The position numbers and the translations under genes are program-made. Shown piece by piece: positions 1 through 7,154 of a stretch of DNA of 18,297 bases. Position 1 is the first letter of the stretch. Every line of letters begins with the position of its first letter. Source of the stretch: an archaeon (lineage in GTDB: Archaea; B1Sed10-29; JAJSAI01); contig JAJSAI010000002.1 in assembly GCA_024274695.1 (NCBI GenBank), forward strand, positions 1 through 18,297, written 5' to 3'. A model generated the notes under the pieces. It was not told the origin of the DNA. It worked only from the letters and a program-made list of their open reading frames with translations, and did no database searches.

Positions 1-312
1 CTTTACCCTCAGCACCTCCTTCTTGCTCTTGAAGATTCTCTCCTCCCACGCTTCCTGGGTGGCGTCCCACGTTCTGAAACTCCTTTTGATCCTCTCGTAC
101 TCCTCTAACGGAAAACCCTTTTTCACAATCCCAACTTCTTTTACTTCCTTCTCTTTCAGGTATTCTGTCACCCTCCTTTTGACCTCTACCCCCTCTGGCT
201 TAACGGGCTCCCGTGTGAACAGCACCCTTCTTTTTTTGTCCCACGCGACTAACCCGTTAACACGGACTCCTGCAATGTGCTGGCACCAGCCCTCTCCGTA
301 CGCGAGTATCAT
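1..312 (-). CDS. N-terminal part of a probable M24 (Xaa-Pro aminopeptidase/prolidase-like) peptidase; runs off the window edge
   Basis: Not in the ORF track. ATG at 312-310 overlaps the TGA of the upstream peptidase (ATGA). The frame is open to base 1: MILAYGEGWCQHIAG...AWEERIFKSKKEVLRVK. The end resembles the 'R-x-x-K-S-x-x-E-I' entry into the M24 catalytic domain. Catalytic residues lie outside the window. Confidence 0.55.
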   Translation of the reverse strand, partial: MILAYGEGWCQHIAGVRVNGLVAWDKKRRVLFTREPVKPEGVEVKRRVTEYLKEKEVKEVGIVKKGFPLEEYERIKRSFRTWDATQEAWEERIFKSKKEVLRVK

Positions 313-1229
313 AGGATCATCTCGCCTTCTATCATAACGTCTGTTTCTCCTGCCTGCACAGTGGGCTTGAGCAGGATCATGTCCCAGTGCAGGCCTGCCT
401 TGACCTTGCCCCCGAAGTAGTAGTCAGAGCCTATCGCAAAGTGCACGGTGCCCAGCATTTTCTCTTCCTCGAGAATTCTTCCACTGAGCCTAGCGTTCGG
501 GTTCAGGCCGATCCCGAACTCTGCCAGGTGAGTCGCGTTCTTCACGCTCTTTATCTTCTTCCAGAACGCAGGGTCTCCCTCCACCTCCCTGACGGTACTG
601 TTCTTAATGTACAGTTTTGTCCTCGGCCTCGCGTGGGGGAAATGGTCTATTACTATGACCCCGTTCGCGTCCGCCGGGATCCCGAACACTTCTCCCGCGG
701 GAAGGTTCCCGTACGCTCCGGGTTCGGTTAGGCGCCCGTCGTCCACTATAGCGTGTTTTATCTTGAACACGATGTTGGTTCCGGTGGGCGTGGTCACCCT
801 GACCTTGCCCTTTTTTTCCAGCAATCTTCTTATTCTGTCTCCCAGGCTGGTCATGCGCTTGTAGTCCACGTCCAGGGCCCTCGCGAACATCTCCGCGGTT
901 ATCCCGGGCATGCTCGCCACCCTCGCCCCGTTCTCGGTCGCCTTCTTCCTTGCCTTCGTGTGAGTGAGCGAGAAGGTCGTCGGGCACACCACAGCACTGC
1001 ACTCTTTCATTAGCCTCGCGATCCCTGGCGCAGGCTCTCTCCCGTGATCTCCTGTCGGGGGCATGCTCACGAAGAACCCTTTTTCTGACACCATCCTGCC
1101 TGCCTTGAACAAAGCCTCTGCCACGTTCTTGTCAGCAGAGTGGTCAGTGAGCACGAGAAAGGATTCTCCTGGCTTTAGTCCTAGCAGCTGCCACGTTTTC
1201 TCCGCGGGTCTCAGAAGGCTTGCCTTCAT
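309..1229 (-). CDS. Aminopeptidase, M29 / thermophilic metalloprotease (AmpS/AmpT-like)
   Basis: 306 aa with motifs GNLPAGEVF, AEFGIGLNP, EEEKMLGTVHFAIG and HWD, typical of archaeal M29-type aminopeptidases. Confidence 0.85.
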   Translation of the reverse strand: MKASLLRPAEKTWQLLGLKPGESFLVLTDHSADKNVAEALFKAGRMVSEKGFFVSMPPTGDHGREPAPGIARLMKECSAVVCPTTFSLTHTKARKKATENGARVASMPGITAEMFARALDVDYKRMTSLGDRIRRLLEKKGKVRVTTPTGTNIVFKIKHAIVDDGRLTEPGAYGNLPAGEVFGIPADANGVIVIDHFPHARPRTKLYIKNSTVREVEGDPAFWKKIKSVKNATHLAEFGIGLNPNARLSGRILEEEKMLGTVHFAIGSDYYFGGKVKAGLHWDMILLKPTVQAGETDVMIEGEMIL

Positions 1230-1275
1230 GCCTGCTAAAAAAGGACTCCGGGTTTTTTATTGGTTTTGCAGTCCC

Positions 1276-1530
1276 CTACTTTTCAGGCCTTTTCGGCGTC
1301 TTTTTAGTAAAGTATTCCATGAATTCGTTCCGGGAGAGTTTACTTTGACGTATTATAGAGGAGAGGGTTCCTGGAGGAATTTCGTTATAGTAGGGGACTA
1401 TGACCACCGCAGTGACTTTGTTCTTCTTCTTTAGCCGAATGTGACTTCCTTTTCTGCCTACTATTTTGAATCCCTTGCGTGTCAAAAACAGGATTACTTC
1501 ACGTGCTGATAGGACTGGCAGCTTTGACAT
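1276..1530 (-). CDS. hicA: HicA family mRNA interferase toxin
   Basis: MSKLPVLSAREV...GF...RKGSHIRL...VIVP...EIPPGTLSSIIRQ; the catalytic GSH motif is intact. Confidence 0.92.
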   Translation of the reverse strand: MSKLPVLSAREVILFLTRKGFKIVGRKGSHIRLKKKNKVTAVVIVPYYNEIPPGTLSSIIRQSKLSRNEFMEYFTKKTPKRPEK

Positions 1531-1726
1531 TCACTTCGACCTTCGTATAATAAACTTCTGGTTTTTCAGGTATTCTTACATCCTCGTCTTCAAGGTAGAG
1601 TTCTATTGCTTCTTTCAGGTTAGAAACAGCTTCCTCAATTGTCTTGCCCTGGCTGGCCACGTCAAGCTCCGGGCACCATGCTGAATACCAGTCCCCTTCT
1701 TTTTTTATCACGGCGCTAAACTTCAT
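1499..1726 (-). CDS. hicB: Short HicB family antitoxin without a C-terminal DNA-binding domain
   Basis: WYSAWCPELDVASQGKTIEEAVSNLKEAIELYLE signature; upstream of and overlapping hicA. Confidence 0.92.
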   Translation of the reverse strand: MKFSAVIKKEGDWYSAWCPELDVASQGKTIEEAVSNLKEAIELYLEDEDVRIPEKPEVYYTKVEVNVKAASPIST

Positions 1727-1748
1727 GCGTTTACTTGGGCCGCGGATT

Positions 1749-1763
1749 AATTTAAAGCTTTTC
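1749..1763 (-). promoter_or_regulatory. BRE/TATA promoter for hicBA (leaderless)
   Basis: Minus strand reads GAAAAGC-TTTAAATT, with TTTAAA about 25 nt before the ATG at 1726. Confidence 0.6.
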
Positions 1764-1803
1764 CAGAAGCCTGTTCGGATTCAAGGTCTGCAGTCAGTCT
1801 GGC

Positions 1804-1818
1804 AAAAAGTATTAAATA
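1804..1818 (+). promoter_or_regulatory. BRE/TATA promoter for the ferredoxin-thioredoxin gene (leaderless)
   Basis: AAAAAG-TATTAAATA ending 22 nt before the ATG at 1841. Confidence 0.6.
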
Positions 1819-1840
1819 TCCTCCCGCCTTACTGTTTTTC

Positions 1841-2449
1841 ATGCCCGTTCTCATAAACTTCAAGATCTGTGATAACGTTCCCGAGTGTAACGGGATCCAG
1901 GCATGCCCTACTGGAGCGCTTTACTGGGATGATGAGAAAAAGACTCTCGCGGTGGACGAGAGCAAGTGCATTCTCTGTGGAGCGTGCGAGAGGGCGTGTG
2001 AGGTCGGGGCGATCCGGGTTGCCAGGACCCAGGAAGAGTACGAGAGGATAAAGAAGGAGATAGAAGAGGACCCGCGCACTGTGGCAGACCTGTTCGTGGA
2101 CAGGTACGGGGCAATGCCCGTGGAGCCAGCGTTCAGGATAGAACACGGGTTTGACGTGGAGGTGCTCCAGTCTCCCAAGCCCACGGTGGTAGAACTTTAC
2201 AACGATGATTCCATTCAGTGCCTGATAAAATCGGTCCCAATAAAGCACTTGTTCCAGGGCAGGAACATCAAGTACCGGAAGACGGAGGCCACGCCTGAGT
2301 TAATGCAAGAGTATGGGATCAAGCAATTGCCCTGCCTATTGTTCTTCAACCAGGGCAGGCTGGTCGGGAAAGTAGAAGGCTATTATCCTCGCGAGCGCGA
2401 GCAAGAGCTGAAGCGGAAAGTGGACGAGATAATGGAGAGGCTGGAGTGA
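1841..2449 (+). CDS. Dicluster ferredoxin fused to a thioredoxin-fold domain
   Basis: N-terminal C-x5-C-x5-CP (CDNVPECNGIQACP) and canonical CILCGACERAC. The C-terminal half has PTVVELYNDDSIQC and YGIKQLPCLLFFNQGRLVGKVEG (Trx cis-Pro region), with SxxC in place of CxxC. Confidence 0.85.
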   Translation: MPVLINFKICDNVPECNGIQACPTGALYWDDEKKTLAVDESKCILCGACERACEVGAIRVARTQEEYERIKKEIEEDPRTVADLFVDRYGAMPVEPAFRIEHGFDVEVLQSPKPTVVELYNDDSIQCLIKSVPIKHLFQGRNIKYRKTEATPELMQEYGIKQLPCLLFFNQGRLVGKVEGYYPREREQELKRKVDEIMERLE

Positions 2450-3083
2450 CCGAGGCTGATGAACCCGAGTTCCAATAAGTCTTGGAAGAAGCTGGGCCAG
2501 GCAAGAGGCTCGTGATAATACGGACCGTTCGCGTTAGACGGGTGAACAGGGGCACGCTCACCCACCCCAAGTTTGATGCGCTGGCCGACCGCCTCAAGAG
2601 AAGGGTTTCAGGATTTCTCACAGCAAAAGGAGCCAGCGCCAGGACAGCTGATAGGATCGCCAATGTAGTGTGGACGGTAATGCTTTTTGGAGCGCTTTTC
2701 ATCATGCTTCCGTTTTTGGAGTTCTCTAGGCCCTGACCCTGCCTTCCTCAGCGTGGTTCCCTATCAGCGTGGTCCTATCCGCACTCCAGTACTGTGCTGT
2801 CAGGGACTACAGCAGAACTTACTCTGGATTTTCTTTGCTCGCGTCCGTAACCATCATGCTCGCCTTTGCTTTCAGGACCGTTTCAGGACTGGGGCCGGAC
2901 GCGGGCATGTTCTTAAGTTTTATTATGCTGGGGTATGTGATGCTAGGAGCAGTGAGCTGGGATCCGAGCGTGCCGGAGTCCTACAAGAAGGCCTTTACAC
3001 TCTGCTCTCACGTGATGAACCTGTCCTTGCTGTCGATCAGCGCGTACCTCTTCCTGACAGGTTGGCCCTGCTTAGCGTGCTAG
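2446..3083 (+). pseudogene. Probable interrupted multi-pass membrane protein gene (ORF pieces 2482-2736 and 2769-3083)
   Basis: GTG at 2446 overlaps the upstream TGA and is in frame with ORF 2482-2736, separated by one TAA (2476-2478). The second, hydrophobic frame is open from 2730, overlapping the end of the first. Confidence 0.35.
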
Positions 3084-3320
3084 CAGGAGTGCCTTGAACG
3101 TCTTCCAGTTTATTGCAAGGTGCAGTACCGCGACCAGAGTGAACAATACTCCTGCGTACCAGTGGAGTGACTCAAGACCCTCCTTGGAAAGCCCGAGGAC
3201 GTTCCAGTCGGATGCTTTGGCAATCCTCCCGGACGGCGCGTTCAGTAATAGCACCCCTGTAACAAACACTACAATTAGGAGCAATACCAGGGCGATGTCT
3301 ATAATTGCTCTGCGTTTCAT
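3072..3320 (-). CDS. DUF4405-like small membrane protein (two TM helices, two His)
   Basis: TM1 ending FVTGVLL, then LHWYAGVLFTLVAVLHLAINWK, the pattern typical of DUF4405 / cytochrome-b-like hairpins. Confidence 0.75.
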   Translation of the reverse strand: MKRRAIIDIALVLLLIVVFVTGVLLLNAPSGRIAKASDWNVLGLSKEGLESLHWYAGVLFTLVAVLHLAINWKTFKALLLAR

Positions 3321-3324
3321 TTTC

Positions 3325-3840
3325 TCATCCTCCTCCGCATGTTTTCAGTAGTTCTTCTGCGGTCATCAAGTAGGTTAGCGGAACGGGTATTTTCCCTTCC
3401 CCTCGTTTTACGACCACGTGCGCGCTCAGGACCTGCGCGCCCGTTTCTCTGAGAGCATTGTACACATTTATAATACTTCCTCCTGTTGTGAACACGTCGT
3501 CAACGATCGCGATGATATCGTGTTTCCCTGGCGTGTACCCATCAATGAGGGATTGCTTTCCTCTGTCCTTTAGAGAGTCTCTTACCAAGCAAAGCTTTAA
3601 CCCTTGCTCTATGGATATTGTGGTGGCCAGGGGAATTCCTCCGTGCCCTCCTGCGGCCACGCAGGTGACTTTTTCGCTCATGCTCTTGTACAATTCCCCG
3701 GCAATCTCTTTTAGTAGGCCAGGATTCCCGTAGGCTTTTTTCACGTCCAGGTAGTACTCGGATTCTCCAGCATGTTTCAGGCGCACTTTCCCTTTGTACA
3801 CTATTCCTTCTCTGGCAAGCTTTTCAGCCAGGCTCGGCAC
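3325..3840 (-). CDS. pyrE: Orotate phosphoribosyltransferase
   Basis: G-x-V-x-L-x-x-x-G-x-SEYYLD N-terminal motif and PRPP-binding loop IAIVDDVFTTGGS; GTG start. Confidence 0.85.
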   Translation of the reverse strand: MPSLAEKLAREGIVYKGKVRLKHAGESEYYLDVKKAYGNPGLLKEIAGELYKSMSEKVTCVAAGGHGGIPLATTISIEQGLKLCLVRDSLKDRGKQSLIDGYTPGKHDIIAIVDDVFTTGGSIINVYNALRETGAQVLSAHVVVKRGEGKIPVPLTYLMTAEELLKTCGGG

Positions 3841-4663
3841 GAGTTCTCACCTTCCTCTCGTAATAGAACATGTACACGTGCGCGATTCCCGCGTGCTGCC
3901 CGAAGTAGTCCAGCGCGAACGCTCTGAGCTTGGCTTCGGACACGGGCTTTCCGGAAAAGTATTCCCTTTGGAGCGCGCGCTTGAGCCACACGTCCATAGG
4001 GAACGCGTCTGGTTTTCCCAGGCCGTACAAGAGTATGAGATCGGCCACCTTGGGCCCGATTCCCGGGAGCTTGACGAGCTCTTGCCGGGCTTCTTGGGTG
4101 CGCATTGCCTTGAACTCTTCTGGCACGAGCTCGCCCGTCGCGAGCAGCCTGGCCATTTGAAGCACGTACTTGGCGCGGTAGCCCAGCCTGCACTTGCGCT
4201 TCAGCTCTTCTTCTGAAGCCCGCGCGAGAGCCTGCACATTGAGCGTGCGCCCATTCCCGTAATTGGTTTTCAGAAGACGTTCCATCCTGTTGATGTGGGT
4301 TATGCTCGTGTTTTGCGTGACGAGCGGTTCTATGAACGCCCAGACGAGGTCCAAGCGCCGCATTGGCCTGATGCCCTTCCCGAAACGCAGGCAGTTCTGC
4401 ATGTACTCATCGTGTTGGAACTCGTGATAGAATTCTTCCAGAGGGTATTCCGCCCACAAGTGGTACAGCAGGTCTTGGGAGACGCGCTTGTCTGTCACCA
4501 GCCTGTCAGATTCAAGCCTGACCAGAACACTTCCCTTTTCAGGAGGTTCCCACTCCCACTCCCTTCCTTTTTTCTTCCACCGGTCTACCGGGTACTGGTC
4601 AGTGGCGATTGTTTTCTTGAGGTCCAGGCCCCCGTTGAATGCGCTCAGCCTGATCTCATGCAT
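3824..4663 (-). CDS. HhH-GPD DNA glycosylase, Ogg1-like (8-oxoguanine glycosylase/AP lyase)
   Basis: LGYRAKYV, HhH motif LPGIGPKVAD with the lyase Lys, and FPMDVW with the catalytic Asp. Confidence 0.85.
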   Translation of the reverse strand: MHEIRLSAFNGGLDLKKTIATDQYPVDRWKKKGREWEWEPPEKGSVLVRLESDRLVTDKRVSQDLLYHLWAEYPLEEFYHEFQHDEYMQNCLRFGKGIRPMRRLDLVWAFIEPLVTQNTSITHINRMERLLKTNYGNGRTLNVQALARASEEELKRKCRLGYRAKYVLQMARLLATGELVPEEFKAMRTQEARQELVKLPGIGPKVADLILLYGLGKPDAFPMDVWLKRALQREYFSGKPVSEAKLRAFALDYFGQHAGIAHVYMFYYERKVRTRAEPG

Positions 4664-4702
4664 TCAGCCTTCTTACTGCCGGCAGGTTTTTAAGCCTTTG
4701 GC

Positions 4703-4743
4703 AAAAATATATATTACATTGTATTACATATCATTACGGGTGA
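4703..4743 (+). promoter_or_regulatory. Promoter/operator of the RHH-RelE pair
   Basis: AAAAATATATAT TATA-like box; ATTAC repeated at 4713, 4723 and 4733; SD-like GGGTGA at 4738-4743. Confidence 0.6.
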
Positions 4744-4747
4744 GTTA

Positions 4748-5002
4748 ATGGCGGTTCTGGTCAGTGTAAGAATACCTGAGAATCTGAATAAAAGGATCAA
4801 GGCTCTAGCAAGGGCTTTGGACAGGCCGAAGTCATACATTTTCAGAAAAGCCCTGGAAACCTACTTGGACGAGTATGCAGACTATTTAATTGCTCTGGAG
4901 AGGCTAAAGAACAAGAGGGACGAGGTTATCTCTAGTAAGACGCTGAGGGAGGAGCTTGGTCTATCAAATAAAATACAAAAGGTCGGTCGTAAAAGATCTT
5001 AA
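4748..5002 (+). CDS. relB: Ribbon-helix-helix (CopG/RelB-like) antitoxin
   Basis: VSVRIPENL...LARALDRPKSYIFRKALETYL RHH pattern, directly upstream of and overlapping a RelE gene. Confidence 0.85.
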   Translation: MAVLVSVRIPENLNKRIKALARALDRPKSYIFRKALETYLDEYADYLIALERLKNKRDEVISSKTLREELGLSNKIQKVGRKRS

Positions 5003-5336
5003 GAACATTGCTTCTGGCGAGAGGGAACGGATTCTTGACAGAGTAGAAGAAATTTTGTCAGAGAACCCTTTCAGGGGAAGGGCTCTCAAAGGTCGTTTTA
5101 AAGGATTATACCGGTTGAGGGTAGGCAGTTTCCGTGTCATATACTGTATTGAGGAGAATAGTGTCATTGTACTTAGGATAGCGCACAGAAGAAAGGCATA
5201 CATTCAATCGTTTTCCATTTTGCTGATAATGTTTTCCAACCCTGCAGCGTTTTCCGCTTCTTCTATTTTCACTCCTATTTTTTCAAGGTATGACCTGAGT
5301 TCTGGCTGGAGGCCGTTGGGGTTAAAGGGAGAATAA
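4956..5336 (+). CDS. relE: RelE/ParE family toxin with an atypical C-terminal extension
   Basis: YQIKYKRSVVKDL...LKG...LYRLRVGSFRVIY...VLRIAHRRKAY; TTG start. The RelE domain ends near 5201. Confidence 0.88.
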   Translation: MVYQIKYKRSVVKDLKNIASGERERILDRVEEILSENPFRGRALKGRFKGLYRLRVGSFRVIYCIEENSVIVLRIAHRRKAYIQSFSILLIMFSNPAAFSASSIFTPIFSRYDLSSGWRPLGLKGE

Positions 5337-5845
5337 GCTATGACAGTGTAGGGGAAGCGTGTTCCTGCCCTGGCGAGGGGATGGATTTTTTCAACCCTTG
5401 CCGCAACACCTGGTTTGGCGCCCTTGACCAGCTTGTACAGGTATCCTGCGTACGCGAGTTCTCCCGCGCTCCCAAGGCTTGTTCCCAGGTAAAGCAGGGC
5501 GTCTCCCATGAGCCCGATGATCAGGTCGTGCTTGTACCAGTCCCCGGTATCCACGGTCTCGTCAAACAACCCTTCCTCTTGTAAGAATGGCTCTAAATGT
5601 TTGGTGCCAAAGGTTCTGTCTGACAGTGGGGCAAGAGCAATGCATTTCTTTCCTCCTGTTTTCTTGTATTCTCTCGCCACGTGCACAGGCACTCCCCTGT
5701 CCGGCAATAGCCCTATCTCGACCCTGGTAGAAGAGAGTGCCCTGGCAATTCCTTTCACGTGCTCCCAGTACTCTGATTCTTTCATCCCGAGCAGTCTCGT
5801 GAAATGGTACTCTGTATCCCCTGGGCCGATTAGCACGAGCCTCAT
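5204..5845 (-). CDS. SLOG (SMF/DprA-LOG) superfamily-like nucleotide-binding protein
   Basis: Rossmannoid start LVLIGPG, GG-x-x-x-IALAP, and GDALLYLGTSLGSAGELAYA, which aligns by eye to the LOG 'DA...PGGxGTxxE' motif. Overlaps the ligase stop (ATGA). Confidence 0.55.
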   Translation of the reverse strand: MRLVLIGPGDTEYHFTRLLGMKESEYWEHVKGIARALSSTRVEIGLLPDRGVPVHVAREYKKTGGKKCIALAPLSDRTFGTKHLEPFLQEEGLFDETVDTGDWYKHDLIIGLMGDALLYLGTSLGSAGELAYAGYLYKLVKGAKPGVAARVEKIHPLARAGTRFPYTVIAYSPFNPNGLQPELRSYLEKIGVKIEEAENAAGLENIISKMEND

Positions 5846-6978
5846 TCTTCGCTCAACCCCCCTTCAAGGTAGTGCTTGGTTTTGTCGTTCGTGCTCTGGT
5901 ACCGTCTGCTTATCCAGAACTTGTATCCTTCGTTCGTTTTTTCTATCTTGTTTACTCTTATGACTATTCCCAGGTGCTCAAGGTGCCTGATGAACTCCTG
6001 CCCTAGCTTTTTGCTGGGCACGGTTATCCTGAAGTCTTCTGTGACCTCTCTCCCGCTGGCGATTTCCTGAATGGTCTGCACCATTGGGAGCATGATGCTC
6101 TTGCCCAGCCTGGCAGCCTCTTCTTCAAGCGCTTTTCCCTCAAGCCCTAGTTCCCAGGCCTGGAAGGCTTCTCTGACTATTCTCCTAAAGAAGAAGGCCT
6201 GCCCGTAGTCAGAATAGAACCTGAACGCGTACTCTAAGTCTCTGTTCGTGTTCTGGTTGCTCGTGTACTTTATTATTGTCCTGCTGTCAGGAGATTTTAG
6301 CACTACTCCCTCTCTGCCTTGGTCTCCTAGTTTCCTGACCTCTGTCAAGAGCTTTTTCCAGTCACTCGGTTTGAACAAACCGAGTAAGGGAACTTGTTTC
6401 ACACCATGCTCTTCGAGAACGGTCCTGCGTTCTTCTACCGGCAGGGGTTTGTTGGTCTTCTTGTCCCTGACGTCAAAAATATAGTACCCGAACTCTTTGG
6501 CTTCAGGATAACTTTTTTCCTGGTATGGGTTTTCTAGCCCGATTACTTCTCCGCATAACACTTTTTCAGGATTCTCTTCCAGGAATTCTGTTACCTGTTT
6601 TTCTTGTCTTTTTATCCTTTCGGTGGTATAGGGGCAGATGATCCCGCCTCTTGTGAGAGAGTACTGTTCTCCTCCCACGAGCACTGTTCTGACATTGTAC
6701 CCGTCAAGCTTTTCCTCTGCGTAAAACCCATCAGGAAAGTACTTTCTGAGGCCCTCCTTGAGAGTGTACAGTCTTCTTATTTTCGGGAACCCCTGTACTA
6801 TCTCCCGTTCCTCGGGGAATACCACCGTTCCCTTAAGGATTTTCCCGTGCTTGTGCCTGAACCTGTAGTACGGTTGGCCGTATTCTATCCTTTGGATAAC
6901 ATCTCTTTTCATGAGCCAGTATACCTTTTTGACCGGGAGCCCGGTCAGCTCCGCGACCCTCTTTATTTCTTTGTCCAT
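5842..6978 (-). CDS. ATP-dependent RNA ligase, Rnl3 family (Pab1020/MthRnl-like)
   Basis: Motif I EEKLDGYNVR, TRGG-x-x-CPYTT, CGEVIG, IFDVR, REGVVLK, IKYT, and C-terminal FFFRRIVREAFQ. Start placed at ATG 6978 (MDKEI) rather than 7014. Confidence 0.92.
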   Translation of the reverse strand: MDKEIKRVAELTGLPVKKVYWLMKRDVIQRIEYGQPYYRFRHKHGKILKGTVVFPEEREIVQGFPKIRRLYTLKEGLRKYFPDGFYAEEKLDGYNVRTVLVGGEQYSLTRGGIICPYTTERIKRQEKQVTEFLEENPEKVLCGEVIGLENPYQEKSYPEAKEFGYYIFDVRDKKTNKPLPVEERRTVLEEHGVKQVPLLGLFKPSDWKKLLTEVRKLGDQGREGVVLKSPDSRTIIKYTSNQNTNRDLEYAFRFYSDYGQAFFFRRIVREAFQAWELGLEGKALEEEAARLGKSIMLPMVQTIQEIASGREVTEDFRITVPSKKLGQEFIRHLEHLGIVIRVNKIEKTNEGYKFWISRRYQSTNDKTKHYLEGGLSEE

Positions 6979-7139
6979 GGTGGTGTCATGCTCCTTTTCA
7001 TTTGTGAAGCGCATATTGTGCAGAGTCCTGTTTCAGGGTCATAGTGCTGTGAGCACACTCTCCTGCCGCACTTCCAACAGGTATATAAACTTCTGCTGGG
7101 TTTACCACATATATCGCAAGTTCCGATAACGTCGGTCAT
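6963..7139 (-). CDS. Small binuclear zinc-finger protein (58 aa)
   Basis: MTDVIGT-CDIC-x9-CWKC-x4-CSQH-x7-CTIC: eight ligands. ATG at 7139; TTTAAA at 7164-7169 sits about 25 nt upstream. Confidence 0.8.
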   Translation of the reverse strand: MTDVIGTCDICGKPSRSLYTCWKCGRRVCSQHYDPETGLCTICASQMKRSMTPPWTKK

Positions 7140-7154
7140 TCGGGGGAATGAGGG

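Noticed and set aside
2710-2736. Programmed frameshift joining the two membrane ORFs
   Set aside because: The T-run precedes a TAG (2727-2729) in the -1 frame, and CCC-TGA would favour +1, the wrong frame.
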